DNA of 64,000 bases from Polyangiales bacterium (GTDB lineage: Bacteria > Myxococcota_A > Polyangia > Polyangiales > Ga0077539), in the NCBI GenBank assembly GCA_044229975.1, contig JBGARZ010000004.1, positions 192,001 to 256,000 of the forward strand. Direction: 5' to 3'. The translations under genes and the position numbers were made by a program. This document shows, piece by piece, positions 40,307-50,230 of the stretch. The notes beneath the pieces were generated by a model. It was not told the origin of the DNA. It ran no database searches and was given only the letters and a program-made list of their open reading frames with translations. How positions within the stretch are numbered: the first letter of the stretch is position 1; each line of letters starts with the position of its first letter.

Positions 40307-42217
40307 ATGAGGTGGAACCATCTGTTCGCGGCGCTCTTCGTCGCGCTCTCTGCTGGCTGCGTGGGTAGCGACGAGCCGCCGGTGTCCGACGGCGTCGAGA
40401 CCTTCGCCAACCCGCCCGAACTCACGCCCGACGCCGAGGGCTTCTACCAGCTCCGCTTCGGCCCCGGCGCCGTCGAGATCGCGGGGCAGCGCTACTGCCT
40501 GCGCACGTACAACGGGTCCGTTCCGGCGCCCACGCTGCGCTTCCGCGCGGGGGCCGATCGTCGCGTGCACGTGCGTCTGCGCAACGAGTTCACCCGACCC
40601 AACGGGCGCGAGGTGTCGGGCATGGAGGGCCGCGAGCGCCCGACCTGCCACGACTTCAACATCACCAACCTGCACTTCCACGGCGGTCATGTGCAGCCCA
40701 ACCACGCGACGCCCGACCCGGCCGATCGCTGCTCGGGCGAAGGCTGCGCGCCCGACGGTCGCTACTACGGCGACAACGTGCTGCGCGAGGTGCGCCAGGG
40801 CGAGACCGCCCAGTACCGCTGGGACCTCGACGAGGACGGCCCCCACCACGAAGGAACCGACTGGTACCACCCGCACACCCACGGCTCGACGGCCATCCAG
40901 GTCGTCAACGGCGCCGCCGGCGCGATCATCGTGGAGGGTCCGCTCGACGCCGAACCCACCGTCGCCGCGACGCGCGAGCGCGTGATGATGCTCAATGAAA
41001 TCCCCTTCAACCACGAGACCACCACACCCCTCGCCGCGGGCGAGGCGTGCACCGAGAACAACCTCTCCATCGACAACTTCCTCGCGGTCACCGAGGGGAT
41101 GCCCATCGTCATCAACGGGCGCGTGAAGCCGCGCCTCGTCACCGCGCCCGGACAGGTCGAGCGCTGGCGGATGATCTACGCCGGAACGCCCGACGAGATG
41201 GGCATGACCCTCCACCCCGGCCTCGACGCCAATTGCACCCGCTACAACCCCCTCGAGCGCATCGAGCTCACCCAGTACGCGCGCGACGGCATCACGCTCC
41301 CGCACTACTACCGCAACCCCGTCGCGTGGGTCTCACCCGGCTATCGCATCGACGCCTTCGTCCCGATGCCCGCCACCCCGCAGACCCTCTGCCTCGTCGG
41401 CCGCCGCACCCACGACCTCGCGGGCTCGGTCATCGCCATCGTCGAAGTACGCGCCGACGCCCCGCGCGCGACCAGCACCGCCATCCCGCCGGAGTCCGTG
41501 GTCACCGCCCACGCGCCGCCCATCACCTGGGCCGGTCGCGTCGACGGCGTCTCCACCCAGGTGAGCTGCGAGTCCGTCACGCGCATCCACCAGCGCGTCG
41601 GCCTGCTCATGCCGCCCATCCCGACGGGCAGCGCGTCGCAGCTCTCCCACGGCGGCCGCTGCGAGGCCGATCACGGCCGTCATCCGCGCGACCCCGACGC
41701 GCCCGTGTGCCAGTGCCCGGCGCCCAACATCAACTGCCGCAACTTCGAAGACCGCCGCTTCCGCAACTACCGCAGCGACCGCGTCGCGGTGCTCGGGCAG
41801 AGCGAGAAGTGGGAGGTCGTCGCGGCCGACGGGCACCCGTTTCACATCCACATCAACCCCTTCCTCGTGTGCCCCAACGACTCCAACAAGGAACCCAACT
41901 TCGCCCACTGGCGCGACACCCTCTGGGTGCAGATCGACGACCGACCGCGGCAGCTCCTCATGGACTTCCGTCGCTTCACCGGGACCTTCGTCGCCCACTG
42001 CCACAAGCTCAACCACGAGGACGAAGGGATGATGGAGCTCGTCGAGATCTGCGCCGAGGGCGACCGCGAGTGCCAGTGCCAGCGCACCGACGCGAGCGGG
42101 CGATGCGTCAGTCAGGCCGCCTGCCAGGAGGACGATCGACAGTGCCAGTTCGCCGCCCTTGCGACGGCGTCGTTTCCGCTGCCTCCGCCGCCCAACCCCG
42201 CGCTGTGTCGGCCCTGA
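40307..42217 (+). CDS. Multicopper oxidase lipoprotein
   Basis: Lipobox SAGC; TNLHFHG, WYHPHTH, HPFHIH, HCHKLNHEDEGMM (all four Cu motifs). Confidence 0.93.
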   Translation: MRWNHLFAALFVALSAGCVGSDEPPVSDGVETFANPPELTPDAEGFYQLRFGPGAVEIAGQRYCLRTYNGSVPAPTLRFRAGADRRVHVRLRNEFTRPNGREVSGMEGRERPTCHDFNITNLHFHGGHVQPNHATPDPADRCSGEGCAPDGRYYGDNVLREVRQGETAQYRWDLDEDGPHHEGTDWYHPHTHGSTAIQVVNGAAGAIIVEGPLDAEPTVAATRERVMMLNEIPFNHETTTPLAAGEACTENNLSIDNFLAVTEGMPIVINGRVKPRLVTAPGQVERWRMIYAGTPDEMGMTLHPGLDANCTRYNPLERIELTQYARDGITLPHYYRNPVAWVSPGYRIDAFVPMPATPQTLCLVGRRTHDLAGSVIAIVEVRADAPRATSTAIPPESVVTAHAPPITWAGRVDGVSTQVSCESVTRIHQRVGLLMPPIPTGSASQLSHGGRCEADHGRHPRDPDAPVCQCPAPNINCRNFEDRRFRNYRSDRVAVLGQSEKWEVVAADGHPFHIHINPFLVCPNDSNKEPNFAHWRDTLWVQIDDRPRQLLMDFRRFTGTFVAHCHKLNHEDEGMMELVEICAEGDRECQCQRTDASGRCVSQAACQEDDRQCQFAALATASFPLPPPPNPALCRP

Positions 42218-42365
42218 CGCGTGCTGCCCTGCGCCACACCTGCGGTCTGACAGGTCTATCGGCGCTCCACGCGCGGTGATAGACCACTGCCTTCCGAAGG
42301 TGGGCCGAACATCCGTGCGCCAGAGATAGGGCGCGCCGCAGCCCGCCGATCCATTGAGGAGGCGA

Positions 42366-45300
42366 ATGATGAGAGATCCTTGGGCAAGACGTGGCCTGCT
42401 GATCGCCGTACTGGCGGCGGTGCAGGCCTGTGACAGCGATCCGCCGGCGGCGGGCGCCGACGTGCCGGTCGTCAACAACGACACGGGCACCACCGACGAC
42501 GCGGGCACCACCGACGACACGGGTACGCCGGGTGACACGGGTACTCCGGGTGACACCGGCACCCCCGGCGACACGGGCACGCCCGGTGATACGGGTACGC
42601 CGGGCGACACCGGCACCCCCGATGACACCGGAACGCCCGGTGACACGGGCACCCCCGTCGACGCGCCGAGCTGTCTCAGCGGGCAGACGTCCTGCGCCGG
42701 GTCGTGCGTCAACGCGCAGACCGACAACGCCAACTGCGGGACCTGCGGCACCGTCTGCGGCACCGGCCAGACCTGCACCGCCGGCGTGTGCACCTGCATG
42801 ACCGGCCAGACGCTCTGTTCGGGCGCCTGCTTCGACACGCAGAGCAGCGACGCCCACTGCGGCGCCTGCGGCACGGCCTGTCCGTCGGGCCAGACCTGCC
42901 GCGCCGGCGTCTGCGGCGCCGCCTGCGCCGCGCCCCGCACCGTCTGCGGCACCACCTGCGCCGACACGCAGACCGACAGCGCCAACTGCGGCTCGTGCGG
43001 CACCGCCTGCCCGACCGGCCAGACCTGCCAGATGGGCGCCTGCGCCTGCGCCGGCGGCGGGCGCGTGTGCGGCGGGGCGTGCATCAACGCGCAGACCGAC
43101 AACAACAACTGCGGCGACTGCGGCGTCGTGTGCCCGAGCGGGCAGACCTGCACCGCGGGCACCTGCGCGTGCCCCGGCGGTCAAGCCGCCTGCGGTACGG
43201 CGTGCGTCAACCTCCAGACCGACGGCACCAACTGCGGCTCGTGCGCGACCGCGTGCGGCGCCGGCCAGACCTGCACCGCGGGCGTGTGCACCTGCCCGTC
43301 GGGCCAGGCCAACTGCGCGGGCACCTGCGCCAACCTCCAGACCAGCAACACCAACTGCGGCACCTGCGGCACCGCCTGCTCGGCGGGCCTCACCTGCATC
43401 GCGGGCTCGTGCGGCTGCCCGACGGGCCAGGCCAACTGCGGCGGCTCGTGCATCAACGTGCAGACCGACAACGCCAACTGCGGCACCTGCGGCGCCGCGT
43501 GCCCGGCGGGTCAGACCTGCGGCGCGGGCGTGTGCGGCTGCCCGGCCGGCCAGACGGCCTGCGGGGCGACCTGCGTCAACGTCCGCACCGACAACGCCAA
43601 CTGCGGCGCCTGCGGGACGGCGTGCTCGGGCGGTGAGACCTGCATGAACGGCGTGTGCGCCTGCGCGGCGGGTCAGACCTCGTGCTCCGGCGCGTGCGTC
43701 AACACCCGCACCGACAACACCAACTGCGGCACGTGCGGGACGGCCTGCGTGACGGGCCAGAGCTGCACCAACGGCGTGTGCGCGTGCCCGGCGGGCCAGG
43801 CCCTCTGCTCGGGCGCCTGCGTCAACCAGCAGAACGACAACAGCAACTGCGGCATGTGCGGCCGCGCCTGCACCGGCGGATCGTCGTGCAACGCCGGCGT
43901 GTGCACCTTCGCGCCGCCCGCCAACGACACGCGCGCCGCCGCGGTGGACGTCAACATGACCGCCGCCGCGTCGACCTTCACGGTCAACACGACCATGGCG
44001 ACCAACAACACCACCGGGCCCGCGTCGTGCGGCTGCACCAACGGGCGCGACGTGTTCTATCGCTTCGTGCTCACGGCGCCGGAGCTGGTCTACGCCGACA
44101 CCATCGGCTCGGCCTTCAACACGTCGCTCTTCTTCCAGGACAGCGCCGGGGCGAACATCGCCGCGGCGGGCGTCACGGGCGGGGCGTTCTGCGCGGACGA
44201 CGGCGGCCTCGGCTGCACCATCGGGCAGCAGAGCCAGGGGCTCGTGAGCCTCGCGGCCGGCACCTACTACCTCGTGATCTCGGGCTGCGACCAGGGCGCG
44301 GCCACGGTGCACTTCCAGCACCTCCCCGTCGGCGGAGCGACCTTCCCGCTCGTTCGCACCGAGGGCGTCACCACCACCACCACGGGCACCCTCACGGGCA
44401 CCAGCCAGTTCGCTGCTTCGTGCGGCAACAACGGCGCGGGCCCTGAGCAGACCGGCTGGCTCGTCACCTGCCCGACCTACGCGGGCGGGGCGTTCAACCT
44501 CACGACCGCGGGCGACCAGCGCACCGACACCGTGCTCGACCAGCGCAGCGCGGCGCGCACCGTCGTCGGCGCCTGCAACGACGACACGAACTTCTTCCAG
44601 TCGGCGCTGGGCACCACCCTGCCGGCCGGGGCGGGGCTCCACACCGTCTACGTCGACTCCTTCAACGCGATGCTCCCGACGGGTCAGGGCGGGTACACCC
44701 TGCGCTACACCCTCGGCGCCTGCGCCGCGGGCACCACGCTCTGCACCAACCGCTGCGTGAACTTCCAGACGGACAACACCAACTGCGGCGCGTGCGGCAC
44801 CACCTGCACGGGCGGTTCGGCCTGCACCGCGGGCGTCTGCGCCTGCCCGGCGGGCCAGTCCTACTGCGGCGGTAGCTGCATCGTCACCACCGGGGACGTC
44901 AACAACTGCGGCACCTGCGGCAACCGCTGCGGCTTCGGCCAGGTCTGCGGGCGCGGCGGCTGCGTCAACGCGGTGACCGGGCCGTCGTTCCAGGTGACGG
45001 GCCTCACGGCGACGGCGTGCTTCACGGCCGACGCGCTGGCCCTCGTCGGCGACACCACTGGCGGCATCGCCGTGTCGGCGACGCAGGTCTTCGACGGCGG
45101 CAGCTTCACGAGCCGCTTCTCGGCGACCAACCTCACGGGCGGCGCGCGCGTGGGCACCAACTACGACGGCCTGCTGTCCAACCTCCGCACCAACGAGGTC
45201 TACGCCCTCGGCACCGCGTCGGGCTTCCTCACCCGCGCGACGGGCGCGCAGACCATCACCCGCCTCGTGCGGCTCGACCCGGCGACGGGCGCGGCGACCG

Positions 45301-46565
45301 CCACGGTCATCCCGCTCTCGGTGACCATCCCGGTGAGCACCTCGTCGAACATCGGCGGCGTGTACTCGGGCTACGACCGCGCCGTGATCGTCACGGGCAC
45401 CAACGCGTTCCACATCGAGCTGCCCTCGGGCACGACCCGCGACCTCGGCGACCAGGGCATCCCCGACTTCCGTCGCGGCTGCACCGGCACCTGGGCCAAC
45501 TGGGGCGTCGTCGAGGCCATCAACGGCGTGCTCTACCTGGACTACCTGACCACGACCAACCGCGTCTTCCGCGTGCAGGTCGGCGCCACGGCGGGCACGG
45601 TCATCGGAACCCAGGCCTTCCTCAACCTCGGTGATGCGTGCTCGTTCACGGTCTCGCCGACGCTCAACCGCTGGTACTTCTCCACCGACGCGGCGTCGCA
45701 GTTCCGCGTGGGCACCGACACCCTGGTGTCGTGCAGCGCGACCTGGAGCCGCCCGAGCGACACCTTCCAGGTGAGCTCGCTCGCGGCCACCGGCTGCGGC
45801 ACCGCTGAAGTGGGCATCGGGTCCAACCGCGCGGCCATCTCGGGCAACGACGTGGGCGGCGTGGCGCTGTCGACGACCAACGTGTTCTTCGGCGGCGAGA
45901 CCTCGGCGGTGCGCGCGTCGGCGGGCGATCTCGGCGGCGTGGCGCAGGTCACCCCGGCGCGTCGCCTCGACGTCCTGGCGTCGGACCTCCGCTTCGGGCG
46001 CGTCTTCGCGCTGGGCAACGGAACCACCCCGGCGTCTGCCAACTCGACCACGGCGATCAACAGCCTGATCGAGATCGACGGCAACACGGGCACGGCGACG
46101 GGTCGCACCATCGCGCTCTCGCAGGCGCTCACCCTCACCGCGGGTGCGGGCGTCTTCTCGGGCTGGGACACCATCGGTCTCTGGACCGGCGGCCGCGCCT
46201 ACGAGATCGCGCTCCCGACGGGCACCGTGCGCGACCTCGGGGCCGTCACCGTCTCCGGCTTCGGCTGCGAGGGCGGGTACTTCTACGGCATCCTCGAGTT
46301 CTTCGGGGGCAACTACTACTTCGTCAACCGCAACGGGACGACGGGTAACAACCAGCGCATCACGCGCACGCTCATCCCGACGGGCACGGTCACGAACATC
46401 GCGACGTTCACCAACCTCGGTGACATGTGCAGCGTGAACTTCGCGCCGGGCCGCAACCGCTGGTTCTTCCACGCGGAGACGACGAACCAGTTCCGCACGC
46501 CGGCGGCGGCGGAGCAGCAGATCCAGACCCTGGGTTACTGCTCCGGCGCGTTCGCGCGGCCGTAG
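42366..46565 (+). CDS. Large Cys-rich repeat surface lipoprotein with a duplicated C-terminal domain
   Basis: RBS GAGGAGG; lipobox VQAC; (PGDTGT)n linker; about 13 TDNxNCGxCG repeats; two homologous ~260-aa C-terminal domains. Confidence 0.88.
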   Translation: MMRDPWARRGLLIAVLAAVQACDSDPPAAGADVPVVNNDTGTTDDAGTTDDTGTPGDTGTPGDTGTPGDTGTPGDTGTPGDTGTPDDTGTPGDTGTPVDAPSCLSGQTSCAGSCVNAQTDNANCGTCGTVCGTGQTCTAGVCTCMTGQTLCSGACFDTQSSDAHCGACGTACPSGQTCRAGVCGAACAAPRTVCGTTCADTQTDSANCGSCGTACPTGQTCQMGACACAGGGRVCGGACINAQTDNNNCGDCGVVCPSGQTCTAGTCACPGGQAACGTACVNLQTDGTNCGSCATACGAGQTCTAGVCTCPSGQANCAGTCANLQTSNTNCGTCGTACSAGLTCIAGSCGCPTGQANCGGSCINVQTDNANCGTCGAACPAGQTCGAGVCGCPAGQTACGATCVNVRTDNANCGACGTACSGGETCMNGVCACAAGQTSCSGACVNTRTDNTNCGTCGTACVTGQSCTNGVCACPAGQALCSGACVNQQNDNSNCGMCGRACTGGSSCNAGVCTFAPPANDTRAAAVDVNMTAAASTFTVNTTMATNNTTGPASCGCTNGRDVFYRFVLTAPELVYADTIGSAFNTSLFFQDSAGANIAAAGVTGGAFCADDGGLGCTIGQQSQGLVSLAAGTYYLVISGCDQGAATVHFQHLPVGGATFPLVRTEGVTTTTTGTLTGTSQFAASCGNNGAGPEQTGWLVTCPTYAGGAFNLTTAGDQRTDTVLDQRSAARTVVGACNDDTNFFQSALGTTLPAGAGLHTVYVDSFNAMLPTGQGGYTLRYTLGACAAGTTLCTNRCVNFQTDNTNCGACGTTCTGGSACTAGVCACPAGQSYCGGSCIVTTGDVNNCGTCGNRCGFGQVCGRGGCVNAVTGPSFQVTGLTATACFTADALALVGDTTGGIAVSATQVFDGGSFTSRFSATNLTGGARVGTNYDGLLSNLRTNEVYALGTASGFLTRATGAQTITRLVRLDPATGAATATVIPLSVTIPVSTSSNIGGVYSGYDRAVIVTGTNAFHIELPSGTTRDLGDQGIPDFRRGCTGTWANWGVVEAINGVLYLDYLTTTNRVFRVQVGATAGTVIGTQAFLNLGDACSFTVSPTLNRWYFSTDAASQFRVGTDTLVSCSATWSRPSDTFQVSSLAATGCGTAEVGIGSNRAAISGNDVGGVALSTTNVFFGGETSAVRASAGDLGGVAQVTPARRLDVLASDLRFGRVFALGNGTTPASANSTTAINSLIEIDGNTGTATGRTIALSQALTLTAGAGVFSGWDTIGLWTGGRAYEIALPTGTVRDLGAVTVSGFGCEGGYFYGILEFFGGNYYFVNRNGTTGNNQRITRTLIPTGTVTNIATFTNLGDMCSVNFAPGRNRWFFHAETTNQFRTPAAAEQQIQTLGYCSGAFARP
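42480..42660 (+). repeat. 18-bp coding tandem repeat (PGDTGT), about 10 units
   Basis: ccgggtgacacgggtacg-like units. Confidence 0.85.
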
Positions 46566-46658
46566 TCCCCATCGCCTGAAAAGGGAGGCCCCGGCCGGGT
46601 GCCTCCCGCTCTCCCTCTCTCGTCATCCCGAACCGCATCCTCCGCTACCATCGCGGGC

Positions 46659-48062
46659 ATGGAGATCGAGTTCGTCGGCGCCGCCCAGACCGTCACCGGG
46701 TCGATGCACCTCGTGCGCACGCCGCACGCCACGCTGCTGCTAGACTGCGGGCTCTTCCAGGGGCGCCGCCAGGAGAGCGCCGAGCGCAACCGCAAGCTCC
46801 CGCTGCCCGTCGGGTCCATCGACGCGGTGGTGCTCTCGCACGCGCACATCGACCACTCGGGGGCGCTGCCGCTGCTGGTGAAGCAGGGCTACGACGGGCC
46901 CATCTACGCGACGCACGCCACGCGCGACCTCTGCGCCGCCATGCTCGTCGACGCGGCCTCCATCCAGGAGGCCGACGCCCGCTACCTCAACAAGCAGATC
47001 GACCGCGGCGAGCTCGACGCCGACCGGGTCGAACCGCTCTACACCGAGGCCGACACCATGAAGGCATTGGAGCGCTTCGTGGGCCTGTCGTACCGCCGCA
47101 CCCACGAGATCGCGAAGGGCGTGCGGCTCACCTTCTTCGACGCGGGCCACGTGCTCGGCAGCGCCGTCACCGCGCTCGATGTCGAGGAGGGCGGCCGAAC
47201 CCGCCGGCTGGTGTTCACGGGCGACCTCGGGCGCAACCGCATGCCCATCCTGCGCGACCCCGAGGTGGTCCCCGACGCGGAGGTGCTCATCAGCGAGAGC
47301 ACCTACGGCGACCGGCTCCACGACCCCATCGCCAAGATGGACGACGACCTCGCCGAGACCATCAAGCGCACCTTCGCCCGCGGCGGAAAGGTCATCATCC
47401 CGGCCTTCGCCCTGGAGCGCGCGCAGGAGATCGTCTTCGCCCTCAAGGCCCTGCGTCGCGAAGGGTCGCTGCCGCCCGTCCCGGTCTACATCGACTCGCC
47501 GCTGACGGTGAAGATCACCGAGGTGTTCAAGATGCACCCCGAGTGCTTCGACGACGAGGCCCGGGCGCTGCTGCGCGCCAACGACTCGCCCTTCGACTTC
47601 GACGGGCTGCGCTACGTCGGCGACGTGGAGGACAGCCGCGCCCTGTCGCTCGACCCGACCCCCGCGGTGGTCATCTCGGCCAGCGGGATGTGCGAGGCCG
47701 GCCGCGTGCTCCACCACCTCCGCGCCACCCTCGGCGACGAGAAGAACACCGTGCTCATCGTCGGCTTCCAGGCGCAGCACACGCTCGGCCGGCGGCTGGT
47801 CGAGCGGCGCGCGAAGGTGCGCATCTTCGGGGTGGAGCGCGAGCGCCGCGCCGAGGTGGTGGTGCTCAACGGATTCAGCGCCCACGCCGACCGCGACGAC
47901 CTGCGGCGTTATACCCAGGCGTGTAAAGAGCAGGGCGACCTGAAGACCGTGGCGCTGGTGCACGGCGAGCTGAAGGCCCAGTCGTCGCTGCGCGACGCCC
48001 TGCTGGGTGACGGGGCCCCGCGCGTGATCATCCCCGAGGCGGGGGACCGCCTGACGGTCTGA
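46659..48062 (+). CDS. MBL-fold beta-CASP ribonuclease (Ysh1/TTHA0252-like)
   Basis: VTGS, DCGLFQG, SHAHIDHSG, AGHVLGS, FTGDLG, ESTYG, SASGMCEAGR, FSAHAD, VHGE. Confidence 0.93.
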   Translation: MEIEFVGAAQTVTGSMHLVRTPHATLLLDCGLFQGRRQESAERNRKLPLPVGSIDAVVLSHAHIDHSGALPLLVKQGYDGPIYATHATRDLCAAMLVDAASIQEADARYLNKQIDRGELDADRVEPLYTEADTMKALERFVGLSYRRTHEIAKGVRLTFFDAGHVLGSAVTALDVEEGGRTRRLVFTGDLGRNRMPILRDPEVVPDAEVLISESTYGDRLHDPIAKMDDDLAETIKRTFARGGKVIIPAFALERAQEIVFALKALRREGSLPPVPVYIDSPLTVKITEVFKMHPECFDDEARALLRANDSPFDFDGLRYVGDVEDSRALSLDPTPAVVISASGMCEAGRVLHHLRATLGDEKNTVLIVGFQAQHTLGRRLVERRAKVRIFGVERERRAEVVVLNGFSAHADRDDLRRYTQACKEQGDLKTVALVHGELKAQSSLRDALLGDGAPRVIIPEAGDRLTV

Positions 48063-48080
48063 GCGGTTGCGGGGCGTACC

Positions 48081-49694
48081 GTGCTAGCGTGGCCGACGGT
48101 GAAGGCGCTGGCGCGCAGTCTCGTGATCGCGGCGATGTTGGCGGGCTGCGCCGACGAGCGGCCACCGGGGCTCACGACGAGCGACGCTTCGTACTCCGAC
48201 CTCGGCGGGTGGAGCGACGCCGCGCCGCGCGGTGACGGGTCGCTCGGGCCGCGCGGGGCGTCGACGTACCCGGCGTACGACCTCACGGTGACGCTGCCCT
48301 TCAACGGCCCCGAGGTGACGTTCGAGATGCAGGCCGAGCCCCGCGCGACGAGGCTCGACGTGCACCTCAACGTCGACACCACCGGGAGCTTCAGCGGCGA
48401 GATCAACAACCTGAAGAGCGCCCTCGGCAACACCATCATCCCGGCGCTGCGGGCGCGGGTGGGCGACCTCGCCATGGGGGTGTCGCGCTTCGGGGAGTTT
48501 CCGGTGGCGCCCTTCGGTCGCAACACCGACCATGCCTACAACCTGTTGACGCCCATCACGGTCGACCTCGCGCAGGTGACGACGGCGGTCAACTCCCTCG
48601 ACCGACCGCTGCAAAACGGCGGCGACCCGGCCGAGCCTTGGGGCGAGGCGCTCTACCAGATCGCGACGGGCGAGGGGCTCTCGGGATTGGCGATCGGCAA
48701 CATCGCGCGCTTCACGCCGCCCGCGGGGACGGCGCCAGGGAGCGTGTTTGGCGGCGTCGGGTTTCGGGCGGGCGCGGCGCGGGTGGTGATCAACGTGACG
48801 GACGCGCGCTCGCACGAGCCGTCGGACTACGGCGAGGCGGTGCCGGGGACGCACTCCACCACGCAGGCGACGGCGGCGCTCCAGCTCATCGGGGCGCGGA
48901 TGATCGGCATCGCGTCGGGGGACGGGTCGCGCGCGCAGATGGAGGCCATCGCGATCGGCACGGGGGCGGTGGCGCCCGCGTCGGGCGGACGGTGCCCGAC
49001 GGGCATCTCGGGGTCGTCGCGCGGGGCCGTCAACGGGATGTGCCCGCTGGTGTTCGACATCGCGGAGGACGGCACGGGGCTCGGGGCGGCGCTGGTCGAT
49101 GGGATCTTGAGGTTCCTGGACTCGCTGGCGTTTGCGCTGGTGGACGGGCGGGCGTCGGACGACCCGCGCGGGTTCGTGCGGGCCATCGAGGCGGCCTCGG
49201 CGGTGGCGCCCGAAGGGGCGACCGCGCCGCGCCGGGAAGACCGCTCGCCGACGACGATGCTCGACGGGGTGCCGGACACCTTCGTGACGGTTCCGACGCG
49301 GACGCGGCTGACGTTTCGGGCGCACCTGCGCAACACGACGACGCCAGAGACGGAATACCCGCAGCTGTATTTCGTGCGGGTGACGCTGGTGGGCGACGGC
49401 GTGGTGGTGGGCGAGCGGATGGTGCGGGTGATCATCCCAGAGGGCCCGAAGGCCGACGCGGGAGACGGTGGAGACGCCGTGGTGCCAGCGGACCTGGTGG
49501 TGGCGACGGACGTGGGGATGGACGCGGGTACGGACGCGGGCGTGGTGGATGCGGGGACGCGGGACGTCGGCGTGGCGGACGTGGGCGCGGTGGATGCGGG
49601 GACGCGGGACGTAGGGACGCCGGACGTGGGCGTGGTGGATGCGGGCGTGGTGGATGATCCCGACGCGGCGGTCGACGCGGGCGTGGAGGACTGA
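48081..49694 (+). CDS. VWA-like lipoprotein with C-terminal Asp-rich tail
   Basis: Lipobox LAGC; DTTGS MIDAS-like motif, GGDPAE, EALYQIATGEG, GGVGFR, VTDA; DAG/DVG tail. Confidence 0.75.
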   Translation: MLAWPTVKALARSLVIAAMLAGCADERPPGLTTSDASYSDLGGWSDAAPRGDGSLGPRGASTYPAYDLTVTLPFNGPEVTFEMQAEPRATRLDVHLNVDTTGSFSGEINNLKSALGNTIIPALRARVGDLAMGVSRFGEFPVAPFGRNTDHAYNLLTPITVDLAQVTTAVNSLDRPLQNGGDPAEPWGEALYQIATGEGLSGLAIGNIARFTPPAGTAPGSVFGGVGFRAGAARVVINVTDARSHEPSDYGEAVPGTHSTTQATAALQLIGARMIGIASGDGSRAQMEAIAIGTGAVAPASGGRCPTGISGSSRGAVNGMCPLVFDIAEDGTGLGAALVDGILRFLDSLAFALVDGRASDDPRGFVRAIEAASAVAPEGATAPRREDRSPTTMLDGVPDTFVTVPTRTRLTFRAHLRNTTTPETEYPQLYFVRVTLVGDGVVVGERMVRVIIPEGPKADAGDGGDAVVPADLVVATDVGMDAGTDAGVVDAGTRDVGVADVGAVDAGTRDVGTPDVGVVDAGVVDDPDAAVDAGVED

Positions 49695-50097
49695 GTCCCG
49701 ACGGGGGGTGACGCGTCGGGAGCGCTGGCGGGCCCTTCGGGGGTGTGGTGCTGGTTCGATCGGTGGCGTGACATCGCGATGGCACCTCCGCCGCCATGGC
49801 GGCCGCCACCTGCCGCCACCCCTCGACGTTCGCGATTCATCGGTAGAACGTGGTCTTTCGGCGCGGCACACGCGTCGCTCTGCGCGCGGGCACGCCCATG
49901 GCCGACGGCGGTGGACACGCCCAGGTAGGATCGCGCGACCCCGTTCGCGACGGGGTGCTCGAGCTGCGGGGGGAGGCGCATGAGCGAGACGGCAGCGACG
50001 CAGTGCGACCGGGTGCTGCCCGCGGTGCCGACGGGAGACATGGATCTCGACGCGCCTTCGCCCTGACCCGCGGCGAGCGCCCGCGAGCCGTCGCGCC

Positions 50098-50162
50098 CTG
50101 CGCTCCGTGGATAGCGCTTCTGCGCTCCGTGGATAGCGCTTCTGCGCTCCGTGGATAGCGCT
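50098..50162. repeat. 22-bp tandem repeat, 3 copies
   Basis: ctgcgctccgtggatagcgctt at 50098, 50120 and 50142. Confidence 0.92.
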
Positions 50163-50230
50163 CGCTCGCTGTTGGTGCGAGCCTCCCCGCATCGGCGGCA
50201 GTCCTTCCCGTCCGACTCCAGGAGTCCACG

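Noticed and set aside
42108..46472. 1454-aa minus-strand ORF and many similar long antisense ORFs
   Set aside because: Shadow ORFs caused by high GC3 on the coding strand; Ala/Arg/Gly-rich with no motifs.
49980..50066. 28-aa ORF with GGAGG RBS (MSETAATQCDRV...)
   Set aside because: Too short, with no motif and no nearby modifying enzymes to support a RiPP or small-protein call.
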